In this document: one piece after another, positions 1 through 13,000 of the stretch
How positions within the stretch are numbered: position 1 is the stretch's first letter
Layout of the letters: each line of letters begins with the position of its first letter
Source: Botryllus schlosseri
Taxonomy: Eukaryota
Assembly (NCBI GenBank): GCA_051294905.1
Contig: CM119376.1
Span: 13,640,001 to 13,704,000 of the forward strand
Direction: 5' to 3'
Length of the DNA: 64,000 nt
Program-made: the position numbers and the translations under genes
The notes under the pieces: model-generated
The model's database searches: none
What the model saw: only the letters and a program-made list of their open reading frames with translations
What the model was told of the DNA's origin: nothing

Positions 1-250
1 GAGATGCCTATACCGAAAAGGGTTACCGTGTGAGAGGCTCCATAAGACACAACGGCACCGTGCGAGAGATGCCTATACTTGAAAGTACGACTCACCAACA
101 CACGAGTTTTCGAGGCACCGTGTGAGAGATACCTATGCCGAAAAGGGTTACCGTGTGAGAGGCTCCATAAGACACAATGGCACCGTGCGAGAGATAGGGG
201 GGGTCAAAAGGGTCACCGTGCCAACACGAGTTTCGAGGCACCGTGCGAGC
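1..250. repeat. Short tandem array, ~125-bp period with internal ACCGTGYGAGA sub-repeats (in the intron upstream of the PNP last exon)
   Basis: GAGATRCCTATRCCGAAAAGGGTTACCGTGTGAGAGGCTCCATAAGACACAAYGGCACCGTGCGAGAGAT occurs at 1 and 126; the (C)ACCGTG core recurs about every 30 bp. Confidence 0.75.
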
Positions 251-384
251 GGGCCCATAAGAACCAATAGCCGCTCACGACCGATCTACATAACTACTAT
301 TGGGGTAGCAATTCGCAAGTTGAGTTTTTGACTTGCTAGTCACCTTAAATCAAGATCCGTCCAAGTCCATGATTTTGTTCCTAG

Positions 385-587
385 GCATGAGTACCGTACA
401 AGAAATGATCGCGGTTGCGCACTGCGGCATGGAAGCGTGCGTGGTATCGCTCATTACCGATTACTGCATCATCGATTACGATACAGACGACAAGGTAGAC
501 GGAGAAGAAGTGATCGCGGTTGGGCAAGAACGAGCCGCCGATATGAGAAAGTTGATCACGGCTTTTGTCAAGAGGCTGTCAATTTGA
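385..587 (+). CDS. PNP: Purine nucleoside phosphorylase (trimeric PNP family), terminal coding exon; upstream exons lie outside the window
   Basis: Acceptor ttttgttcctAG at 383-384, phase 1. (G)MSTVQEMIAVAHCGMEACVVSLITDYCIIDYDTDDKVDGEEVIAVG aligns without gaps to human PNP G218-V260 (GMSTVPEVIVARHCG...SLITN...DYESLEKANHEEV). Stop TGA at 585-587. Confidence 0.9.
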
Positions 588-1424
588 TGCTTGATACTGC
601 CTTTGAAATGTTTTTTGCAATTGGTTGCTTTGAGCGTTTTTTCACGACTCTGACATCGGCCAATCGTTTCGACACCTTCCGATCTTTTCATTGTATCGCA
701 ATTTTTGTGGTGTATTGAACTGATAAAAATTGATAATAAACCGAACGAAAAAAAACAGAACACACACTCCACAATTACATCCAACACAGCTCAACGAAAA
801 ATGTCTGACACACGGGATTTTAAATTATGGTGAATAAAATTCCTCTCCGCGTCGCATTTGTATGCTACTGTCTGCTCCTACTCAGATTGCAAGAGCGGGA
901 CTATTCGCTGCCGACTGCCGGCAACAGAGCATATCATATCAAAAGGTGTGGCCATCCAGCAACAGTCATTTTGACCAAGGTTTTGTCGCCGCTAATGCTT
1001 TTGGCACGGCATTTTATCAGCGGTATGTTGCCGAAAACTTTACATCTTCGGGCCCCGGCGCAGAAGGGGTTGGCATCGAAATGAATTCGTCTTGTAGGCC
1101 TGAACTCGCTCGTTGCATACTCCTACACTAGTTAATCCCAACGGTCTTTGAAAATTCTTTCCAGAGAGAAAAAAACAGTCGGAAAAATCTAATCATGAGT
1201 TCAAAATGAAAAATTGGTAGATTCTCATGATCTAAGTCATATTTTCTGCGTGTGTCGCTTTTTGGCTATAGTAACCAACACAGTGAGCTTGGATCTGTAA
1301 AAAACACTTTATTATGTTGCTGCGTGGACTAAATAACCATATAGGATATATAAAATGAACCGGAAATTTCCTTACCATCATGCTTGTTCATTAGCATGCT
1401 TTGCTATGCAGCCTATATGCGTAC

Positions 1425-1992
1425 CAGGGTTGTAATGACTCGAGTCATGACTCGACTCAAGTCAGACTCAGTCACCATTTTCTGATGACTCGACTTGACT
1501 CGAGTCATTTTCTCAAAACACAGAAAGGACTCGACTTGACTCGAGTCAATCTGTGCATTTACTCGACTTGGACTCGAGTCAATGCGCATGACTCGAACCA
1601 AGTCATGTGACTCGTGACCCAGACGGCCAAGACCGACATTTCATTGTAATTTCAAAAAACAATAAAGTAACCACCCAATTTGGATTTCGTCTATTGGTAC
1701 TGGTAATTTAAAATGCGACCAAAAACTGTTGAAAGTGAGGAAAATTAGTATATTATAAATGCGAACCATTCGATATCACCAAACACAGTTATAAAAGTGG
1801 GTTTAACAAGACTGTAACGGGAAACTGAGCAGTCAACACAATGACTTGGACTCGGACTCGAACCTCTGCTCGATGACTTGGACGCTGACTTGAATCGATA
1901 GGTGATGAATTGAAATGACTCGACTTGACTCGAGTCAAAACTCTAAAAGATTGACTTGTGACTCGGAACTTTGTGACTTGGTCAAAACCCTG
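1425..1992 (+). mobile_element. hAT-type MITE, family A (GACTCGAGTC-rich), copy 1
   Basis: Termini CAGGGTTG...AAAACCCTG; exact 8-bp TSD ATGCGTAC (1417-1424 and 1993-2000); many subterminal GACTCGAGTC palindromes. Confidence 0.9.
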
Positions 1993-4900
1993 ATGCGTAC
2001 CTCACATGCGTAATCCAGACTCCTAGTAAAGACAATGCAGAAAATTACGTCATTACAAATAAAATGACAAGAAGTCACCAAACCTTCTTTGTTGCCATAT
2101 TATCACATTATGCATTTACACGGTCTGTGTTTCAAATTGTTACGTACCCGTTTCCAAATCCCTTATTCACAAAACAAGTCAATCGGTGCCCGTGATTTCT
2201 ATTGGTCATCATCACCCATAAAGGATGTCAAAAAAAAATCCAAAAGTTGAAATTCAAAGAATAAGGTTCGGAACACTAAATATTTGTTTACTGAAGTCAC
2301 GAGTAAACGCGTCTTTTTATTGGTTAGTGCTCAGCACGTCGTTCATTGACAAAATCACGAAGACATATACACTCGGTCGGCGTATTTCGGAAGAACGGCA
2401 AGCTTGGCTCAACAACAAGGCCATTTCTCCAATCTGCACACTGCTCGATATGTGTTGAATATGTTGATCGAAAACCACGATGTCCAATTGTCCATAGGCA
2501 ATATTTGGAAGTGAAGAAATGCCAATTTGGAATCGTGTCCGTCTTTTAGTTTAGTATGCTTTGGAAATTTCAATATAAGTAATTATACCAACGGACCTGC
2601 TCAAATATTTCCTAGCTAGACAATACCTCACTCAGCTCTAGCGGTAAAACTGAGTGCGTGGGTTGAGAGAGGATACAAAAACATAGCAATAGGCCTATGT
2701 AGCCTAATTACCAGTATTATTGACCGATTGAATCATGGAAAAATTCCACGCTTTGCGCGATTAGGACCTGAAACGGTACCAATTAGCGTATAAAAGGAAT
2801 CTCGCTCAGAAGTAGTGTTAAAAACGATCAGTATCCGGATGGGGGTCAGATTTATGAAGTTTGGTTTATTGATATATGGGGCCCAAGACCAACGTTTTCG
2901 GGGGCTGCCGAAGTGCTGCTTCGGTCATCCCAAATAGGCCTACGTAGGCTATACATTGTTTTGGTAAAAAATAACCGTCACTTTCTCATTCCTCAATATC
3001 AACACATCCACTGAGCACCATTTAGTGTAATTCACTGCTGCTTTCAGTTTAGAAATAAAATCAATACGATGGAGAATACAGCCAAACTTTCTGACTCGGC
3101 CCGCCAACATATTTTCTGCTTCTCATTTGGCCCGCGGAGAAAAACAATTGCCCACCTCTGAGGCCGAGGTGGATGTCAGTCTAAAAAGACCGCAACTGCG
3201 CGTCTTTCGGCATCCTACTGTATCTGTTCATTACATCGCATTGCACATATTGTGTGTGTCTTGTTCAGATGAAAATATAACTCATCGATTATATTGGTAT
3301 TGATATTATTAACTGACTATATACGGCTTGTGAGAGACAACGTTATTGCCAAAGCTTCGATTAATGGGCGTGGTAAGGCAATCAACCTTTTACAATTGGG
3401 TCGCAACTACAAAAGTCAAGGACTGCCCTTAAATTTCCTATTAGGTTAGTTTGAATTATCCACGTCAAAAAATAACAATTATTTACGAAGTTCCTCCGCA
3501 TTCATCCGAAATTTTTCAGTCGCACTAGTGCGAATACGGACGTTCAAGCGATTTTTTTCGTACAAAACCACTAAATTCAAGCAAAAAGTGGGTAAGGCGG
3601 GAGTCGAGCGAAAGTGGTGGCCTTTTTTAGTCAACTCCACGAATTTTCCAGCAAAAACAGCAAAATCGGCTGTTTTCAGTCTTCATTAACTATAACATTT
3701 CTTATTTGTTAAATGTGTCCTCCTTTCCCGATTCCAAAATATGGTAACCCTAGGATTACGCTATCATTGTCACTGGATGCGGATTTTGTAATATAAAGTT
3801 TTGGACGTACGTCTCAATGGTACAAGTCTACTTCGAAACTGGTTAAAAGTAGCCTACAACTCGTTTTAGACAATTTATACGTGGAAGCTGCGGAGACTTT
3901 CATACAATTTCGGTAAATTCCGACAGTGCAAGCGATACATAAGATATGCTATTATAGCAAACATCAAAGTCGCATTTCTTTCAACGATCACAATCAAATT
4001 ACCGTTTATCAAGAGGACTTCGGAAGTTTCGCGCCTTGCAGTAGCTTTTATGGAACCACGTACATCCAGTAAATTTCCAATATTTTAGTTATTGTAATTA
4101 CATTTAGGTTTAATTTTGATTTTCAAAGGTTCAACGGTCCGCGAGGTCAAAATGTTGAGAAATACTGATTTAGAGAACTATCGTCCTGAAAAGAATCGAC
4201 ACTCAGATATCATATTTCACTGAGCCATAACCTATTCGAAAATAAATCTTACCATTTTGTTCGCGCATCCGAATCAGACGCCCAATTTTCATACTTCATT
4301 GCTGAAAAAATCGTATGGAATTTTGCTTCGTAAGTAACCCTGGCACCGTAAGTATTTTAATAAGACCGGTCACGGCCACATCGATTCTCTTTAATGCTCA
4401 ATACGTCACGCGGTCACGGGATTCGTAATATTACGAGACGTGAATTTCGCTTTCGTCATCTGTGTTTGGTTGCCCAAGGGACGAGGTCATTTCGGATGAG
4501 TGCGGGTGCGTTTCCAGCCGATGATGATGTCGAACTATTTTTTGTTACGTCACACTGTTTGGTTGTGCTACAATGGCTGTCAATTTGCCTGAGATTATTA
4601 TTTTGAAATATTACATCGAGTGTAGCGTCAAAGAAGGAACGTATTGGTCGATCGCCCTATTCTACAGCATAACCGTTGATTGCGTAATAAGCCTTCTATA
4701 TTCTAATTCGACAACGAAAACTCGGTGGTGATTTAGTGAACAGCTCGGCGCGATTAATTTTTTGAATTCGTGAAACAACAGTAGTCAGTTTGTAATCACG
4801 TTTTTTGCGATCTTTTTAAAGTTGTCAACGAAGTCGTAGTAAATCAAGCTAAATTCATGGAAATTGATTGAATTTGGTTGTGTAGCTATCCATCTATACG

Positions 4901-6212
4901 CTTTTAGTCACAGCTATAGCCTAGCTAGAGTAGACGATAAGAGTAGAGAGTTGAGGTAATTCCAGTGAGACAGAATGTATTCGTCCTATTTTTCATAATA
5001 CAATGATTCTATTAATGATATATAGATGTTGTTATTATATGTCAGTGTAGTGGTAGAGCTATAGTTAAGGTGGAGCTCACCTCAGCGGATCGGTAGTGGT
5101 ACGGATATATTCTCAATAGAATAGTGCTTAATTACTTGTCTAGTTGTATTGGTCTAGCCGCCATGATGGTTTCGAACTGTTCACTACCAGTATAGCTTTA
5201 TCTCATATTTTCAAATTGAAATTTTGTGATCCAATATTAAGGCTCAATCTTTTTCATCTTTTGATCTTGATCTTTTTGCTGAAAAAACATAGCCTATTAT
5301 ACTATAGCTTTTGCATGCGATGTACCATGAAAAAAACATGAATTATGCCATTACGAAAGAAATACAATGGATTTAAAAACGGACTAATATTTGTTACGGT
5401 ACATGAATATTATTGTGAAACACGGAACAAATGGTAGGCTATAGAACCACAAACATGTTAACGTGAATTGATGCGATAATATGGCGATATGTAACCATTT
5501 GCAGTGTTGGAGTAAAATGAGCTGGTGCTGTATAAAATATGATGCTCATGTGCATATTGCATAATAAGAAAAACTAACAACACTAAAAATAGGCTGATTT
5601 GAGGTAAACATGTTGATGAACGCGGTCTATATATAACCGTGCTTCTACTGTTCCACAACAATTATAGATATGCTTATAGCTTATCTGCATCACTCTTACC
5701 ATTTTTGAATCACAACAGGTTATCCTTGGCCAAAAGACAGCCTTTTAGCATGGCTTCAACTATCCAATCCCTGCTCTGCATGGAATAATTCTCTTTGAAG
5801 ACAACAGAGCCATGACGTTCTTTGTAAGCAACGGATTATCAGCCAACGCCGCTGTGTTAACTTACAAAAAAGGTTCTGCTTCTGTCGTCTCTTCATCCTT
5901 CGTCTCTGTTTACTACGAGAAGAGTTTCAACATTGATGCTACTTCTCTGGACGGGGGCTGTGTAACCGACTACGGACTGGAAATCGACTCTGCTTATTGA
6001 ATATACCCTATACTATGTAAGTGTAGTTTAAATTATTAAATGACTTGAAGATGTGTTTTGTGGTTTGGAAAAGATAATCCACTCAAAATAATACCAAATG
6101 GTATAATGAGAGTAGATATGCAGTAACAGTGGCTCCATTGCCATTTGTATTCCCATCAAGTAGGCGTGTTCAATCGATCATAGAAGCTGTAGCCCTTCAT
6201 GGGGATTCCAAG

Positions 6213-6639
6213 TAGGCTTACCATACGTCCTCTTTTAAGAGGATTTGTCCTCTTTTTTGACTTTTTTGAAAGTGTCCTCGGAGGACGGCCTTTTGTCCTC
6301 TTTTTTGAAAATTTAGGTCAGATTTAGAGCAAATTGAGAGTGCTATGCCGTAAATTGGTACAGAAGTGACGTTCCGGAGGTTTTTTCGGAGCGAAAAACG
6401 CTATATCGAGCTCCGAGCGGAAAGATGACCTTTTTTTAGTCATCCACCTAGCAATGCGGAGAAAAAAACGGTATTTTGAGCTCTGAGCGCGAAGTGATGA
6501 CTTTTTTTTTTTTTTTCTAGTCAACCGGTCACAAAGTGGGAAAAAGTCACCGGTTTTTGAGAATTCTACTCCAGTTTTGCAAGTCTCAAATTTCTGAAAA
6601 ATTGTCCTCTTTTTAGATTTCCAAAATATGGTAAGCCTA
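6213..6639. mobile_element. hAT-type MITE, family D (TAGGCTTACCATA TIR)
   Basis: TIRs TAGGCTTACCATA / TATGGTAAGCCTA; exact 8-bp TSD ATTCCAAG (6205-6212 and 6640-6647); related pieces near 3751, 22470, 24375, 36079 and 36453. Confidence 0.9.
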
Positions 6640-7000
6640 ATTCCAAGTAGGTTGCTGGTTCTTATCAGATTATACCGTTGATTGAAATTCATTTCGATTT
6701 TTGTAGGTTTATGAAACTTTGAAATCCGTTTTACCAGACAGTAGCCTCTATGTTTTGAACATGGCGTAACTTCGAAGTTAATTTGATATTTCACAATTAT
6801 AGTCTTCAGATCTAAACTGGCACAGGATTGAAAGGCTTATGTGTTGTGTTTGACAGATTTGATATTTTCTGCATCTACATCTATATCTGTCAGTCTATCA
6901 CCTAGTATTAACTGCTATACCATCCGTTTTTCGATTCCTTCAAGTCTATAATATTTACTGATTATCTTATGTCTTTTTCAGTGACCGGCGTATCAGGACC

Positions 7001-10000
7001 ATGACCAATTCAGGTCTCTATCCTGTCCAGACTTGGTTGTTGGCAGTTCTCGATGATTTGGGAATCGACGGTGTTATTTACAGCCGCCACGTATTAGACT
7101 TGCTTATCAGCTCCAAGCATTCATTTGACTACCGCTTGGACGAAAAGGAGCAAAGTATCTTTTCAAAAATTGCTCCTTCCACGACCAAAAAGTAAGTGGC
7201 ATCGATATCCTTAGACTTTATGCCATGATTCTGTTAAGCCTGGTTAATGTTCAATTCATTACACGATTCAAAATTCTCACTGAATTTAAATTGAACTCCG
7301 CTACCCCTAATATTCATCTTTTTCTCGCCGTTGACTTAGTTACAAATTTTGAATGATGTTTGAATGGTATTTTCCTCTAGCCTTGTAGTGTTTTGGATGG
7401 CAGTCATCAAACTGTTTGAGCTATATTAGACATAATGAGAAAATGTGATTTCCATGATTATTGTCATTTGTTTGTAGATTTGTATATGGATGAGTATTTC
7501 CTATTCTACAACTAGACTGAAGATATCTTGCATTCTTCATTATTAGAAATACTATCATGTTTTAAGCCATATGATGATTCCAAATGCTTTTATTGCTATA
7601 ATTGGGTAGTATTGTGACATATTGCTTGGTATGATTATATTGCCACGTGCTATTATTGCTTAAACACTTGATTCAAATGCCTTGAGGCTTCCCAATTGAT
7701 GAACTCAAAAACTCGTAACCATTTCTCTTTACTTTGTACACCTAATACCTACGACTGACGATAGACATTGAAAATTCAACACATAGATTGTAATTTCAGT
7801 TTTTTTTTCAGTGTGAATATTTGACACAATTGTTTATCTTCGTTATCACTTATGACTATTAGGCCCAGTTGTCAGCGTTCTTCTGTAATCTTGGCACACT
7901 TTCCCGCGATGTGGCAATTACGCCAATTAGTTCCATGTATATTTTCCATTCAACAAATCAATTTGATGTTGTTGATTAGTCTTTACTTATTCCGCAACCT
8001 TGTTTTGTCACTTCCTGAATTCCCGGGATTTAAGCAATTTGCAGATTTGCTATCATAGTGACACTGCCATGAGTTTATTGTGCTGTTGATGTGTCAAAAC
8101 CATGGGTGTATCCAGGAGTAATTATTGGGGGGCGGGCTTCACTTTCATTTAGCCTACTAATTATAACTATCGTCTATATCAGGGGCATCAAACTCAAATG
8201 TGTTCATGGGCCAATTTCCTAGTTTTAAAGACACCGTGTGCTGCAGAATCAATAATATTTAATGTCTTCTCAAGTAGGCAAGTAGAACTTATTTTACGGG
8301 ACCTTGCAGACTGACATTACACAGCCATCGTGAAAATCTGATTCACTATTTTGGCAATTCACGCCTGACATGAAAAAAAATTACATTTTTAAATATTTGA
8401 ATAGAATTGTTGCTGTGCTTGCTTTCGGCGCGGGCCGCACAAACTATTCTCCGCGTGTTTGAGACCCCTGGTCTATAACGATAATGTGCGCACGCGAGGA
8501 TTGCCACACCCCAATTGTTTTACTTGCAGTCAACACAAGGTTCATTTTATTGACTTTGTTACTCAATTTTCAATTCCTTTGGCATTAATATTGCGCCTCA
8601 AGCCTATTTTAATAGCAGTCAGTACCAGTAAGTTACCAAACAGCCGGGAGTGTGATTACTGACAGCCAAATGTTTGACATCAATTTTGGGATTTTCTAAA
8701 GTGGGGTTACAACTGCTAGAAATGCCACTGATCAAAACCAAACTTTGGTACTGAACTATATCTGCGTGAAGTAATTGGTAAATGTTGACCAGACTGCGAT
8801 TGTTTTCAAGGAAAAGGAAATACTCGCGTAGATCCAGCTCTTTCTCTTCCTGCGAAGAAATTCTGTGGAAAAAGGAAGTTGCCGTTTCATGCTTACTCTC
8901 CGCCACTGAAACCAAAGTGGATTCTCGCGAGATGGAAGCGGCAATCCAGCTTGTCGTAGATGAGCTTTACAGCAAGCTTTCAGGGCTCAATTTGACCTCG
9001 GGTATGTGCTTGTCATTTGCATGCGTCGTTGTGGTGCAAGTTTAATCATATTTACTAGATTTCGGCTTATCATGTCTGACTACAGAGTATGCGTATTGAA
9101 CAACAGGGAGAAGTATGATCCCAAATATAAACGTATAATCAATTATTCATTTATTCTATATAAAATCATCCCTATTTCCATGATTATAGCCTATGCACCA
9201 GATTATGTTTTGGTAGGTCAATGGTCGGTGAGAGGCTGTTGGACTTTGTTCTTAGTAGGCTTACTTGATTAAAATGCAAGGTTCTTGTTGTTTGTGTCGC
9301 CGCTGAGATTACGTAACTCAACAGACTAGTTTCACAACATGAGCGATGATAATGCAAATAATGTGTTTGTGGTCAATCTTAATGCCGAATCATGATTTTA
9401 CGACTGTCTGGAGTGAAGATAATCCTGAAAATATTATGATCAATTCAATGGCACCTCAAGGATTTCTGTCAATGCTTTTTCTTTGTAGTTTGTTGTGGCA
9501 TTTGTTTTGTGTGGGGGCAATGTTGTATTGTTGTATGTTGACTTCTTGTGCTGAAAGATATGAGAGAATACCGGGTTTGAATGTAATATCAGATTGATAA
9601 CTTATTGGATGTGAAAATGTTGACTGATCACCTCAACTTTGGTTAGGTAACTCTTTATGTGACTGGCATATAATAATTTAACAACAGCTGCTATTATGAG
9701 AAACATTCGTATCCTGTATCTGTTTGTTTATATATCTTTTAACGTTGAATTGTCCTCTCTTATACTTATGTGATAGTCATGTTGTCTTGTATGTCTTTAT
9801 GAAATAATAATTTTTATTCCTGGGGTTTACATCTTACCTGCGTAGACTTCTACCAATGTCCACACAACCAAATTACTCCTACAATATGTCGTTGTTGTTT
9901 TTGTAGATGGTAAAAGCACTGTTTCTGATGGAGATAGTCCATTGAATAACAACAAATCTCTCAACAACAAATCTCGTGGTCAGCTTAAAAAGAAGAAACA

Positions 10001-13000
10001 TAACAAAGAGAACTACGAAGATGCTTTTCCATCACTTGCCGGTAGCAAATTATCTCCCGACCTCCGAAACTCCTTTGACGAATCCGTATGGTGCAAAGCA
10101 GATAAGGATAACAACCCCAAGTGAGTGATGAAGATGAGATATAGAAAAAGTTGACAAGATGTTGAAAAATTATAATTTCGTGTGCCTTGAATAGGCCGAG
10201 GTAATGTTGTGAAGGTAGTAAATGGAGAATCTCTTTTCGATGGCTACTGGTTACAATGCATCGTGCTATGTGATTGATTTATTACTCACACATCCTATCA
10301 GTAGGAGGAAATATCACACCATCATGATATGTGAGCTTATTGATTTGATGGCAATCGTTAGTTGGTGTGAACCCGCTTGAGCTTTCAACTCTCCTGTGTT
10401 GATTGATCACAATGATCAGGTCAAAGAACATCTGATCCCATTTCCTTGATGGTATATGTGTGATCCTTCACGTTCGCTTCACAATAATTGCATACCTATC
10501 TGACTACAGTTCCATTTACTTTGTGTTTCTCTTGCGGGGAAACGTATTCAATACCTTGTAGATTTTAATCAACTAGCAGCGCATGAAAGTCTTGAAATTG
10601 AAATCAGCCGTTATCGTTTGCCGTGAACATTCGTTCGCGGTAGTCCTGGCAGGTCATGCGTGAAAGAATGCATTTCAAATTTGGATGATTTGGATACCTG
10701 TATGAGTAATGAGCATACGCTGTGTGTTTCGTATTTCAATTTTGCGACCGAAGTATAAAATGCATGGCCAACGAACTAGTGTCCACCAGACATTGGCCGA
10801 TTACTACATCGATGTAATCGGTTGCGATTACGATCACCTTTAAATTGCACGATTATAATTACAGCATAATCTAAAAGTAGTCGATTAAGATTGCATTGAA
10901 AAGTAATCACGACCTCGACTATATTCAATATTGCTTCCTCAAACTTGATACAGCGCACTGTTCGACTCTCACAGATGTTCAGTTGTACGTAAATGTGTGG
11001 AGTTGAGTAATCGTTCTTTTACAAGGAAATCGATTTGACATGTAAAATAATGGATAATGTCGAAAAATTTCCAGCTGGAGTTGTTCCCAACGTGAGCGAT
11101 ATCACCTCCCAGAAGGCAATTTTGACAACAAGGGGGCGACTGGGGGGCGAAAATGTTAGAACGTCCTGCGAGATGTATTTAATTAACACATTAACACGGT
11201 CAATAAATGCACGTAGATACGGCTTTTTCTGCATATGACGCAAAATAAGGTCAAAACCGGTTTTACAACCATCCACCTCTTCGGAAAAACGGCCCCTTTT
11301 CAGTAAATTCACCAACGATCAGAATATGTGAATAAATTTCCCGATTATTCGGCCTCTTTTTCTGATCGGTAAATGTGCGGGGTGATTGATAAGGGGGCGA
11401 TGAGTCGAAAAGGTTGGGAACCACTGAGCTAGATCATCATCTCATCCTCTTCCGCAGGTCTGGATTGGATCCGAATACCAATGTGAAAGAGCGCCCTTAC
11501 CCTCTCGACGTCCTCACCCAAAACAAAAGCCCTCGCCGACTAAAAACCGGCGGTACCTTACGCAGGCCCCGCGTCAGAGAAAACCCCAATGCCCGACACC
11601 CTCCCAAACGATCTCCGGGTTACTACCCGCGTTACCCGAGAAAACGTCGCACCCCGAGAGAATTCAAATCGACAGGATTCGAGGCGAAAACGTCGCCTTC
11701 TGCGACTGCTCAAAAGCAACCGTTGAGGCAAAGAAACCGCGTTCGCACGCAGCTGAAATTCGACTCGAACGGAGATAAAAACGCGCAGGGAAAGGGTAAC
11801 GTCACGAGAAAACGTAGGAAAGGAACTCGGAACGCTGGCAACTTGGCGCGATTCGATGCTAATTACAACGGATACGGCAACGTGCTTGACACTGAAGATT
11901 TCTCCGCGACGCATTATGCTCACCTGCCTTCGTGGATGGAGACTACGCTTATTGACGTGTCCCAGCTCTCTTCTGCGTCTAGACCGCAGGAAACGCGTTA
12001 TTCGAGCAGCAGCGACGATTCCATTTACGGCGAAGAGATCGAGTCGGAAATGCCCTTTTCGAAGCAGTGGTATCGGGACCCGGTCACCGGGTTGCTGACG
12101 TACCGACCGTTGAAGTCCCCGGGCGGAAACACGGAATCGGCCGAAACGAAGCAGGCCGCCGGACAGCCATCCGCCGCCGAGGTGTGGATGTGGTGCCCTT
12201 CCCCGACTTTGTGGGAGGACGGGTCCAGGTCGCCAGTCAGCCGGCTGGAATCGGTGTACAAGAAGGAGCTGCGTTCGTTCGGCACGGAGAAGCACGCCGA
12301 CAATCTGTCTGGACGGATTTGGGAAGAGTACAAGCCCATCTTCATGGAGTTGAACGACATGTCGTCCGAGGACGAGCCAGACCAGTTCTCGGGTCACATC
12401 TTGAACCACTTCGTTTCGCACCGTGTCCGACGGTCCCCGGAGTTACAGGCGCGGATCGAAAGACACCTGGAACTGTTGATGGCTTCGAGCTTGGACACCG
12501 AATGTACGCCGACCGGCCCGGGCCACTTAACCGGACCAAACATATGGAAGTACTCGCCGAAGAAAGCCGATTGGCCAGACCCCGACGAGATCGTGCGACG
12601 GGCCAGGCTGCTGGAAGAGCTGTCTGAAATGATGGATAAGGGTCGCTTCGGGTATCGGTGTGTTGGTCGTGAAAAAAAGGATGAAGTCTGGGGTGGGGAG
12701 GTCGAGCCTAGCGGGCAGGGTGGCGATGATAGTGAAACAATGACCAACGCCCTGGTCAATGCGCTGTTTAGCGATTCCGGATTCGATCTGCTCACGGTGC
12801 TGTCAATGCAGCATGCCAGGCCGCCGTCTGAAGCCGATGTAGATTTACCTCCGTCAGTATCACTCGAGTCGCTGTTATTCTCGAGTCGTATCGAGCGATT
12901 TCCGCAGACCAGGGGAGCGGCGTGGCCGTCAGACTGGACACAGGATTGGCAGCGTCGTTGTGACTCGCCGGCGGACGACTGGTCTTCCTTGACCGACCTG

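Noticed and set aside
1425-1992. Repeated palindromic GACTCGAGTC units, and the 125-bp repeat at 1-250, as a CRISPR-like array
   Set aside because: No constant repeat with unique spacers, eukaryotic context, and TIR plus 8-bp TSD explain it as a MITE.
11558-12795. Long antisense and alternate-frame ORFs over KIAA0232 exon 4 (likewise over PPP4R3 and TOPBP1)
   Set aside because: Shadow ORFs of GC-rich coding exons; no recognisable homology.
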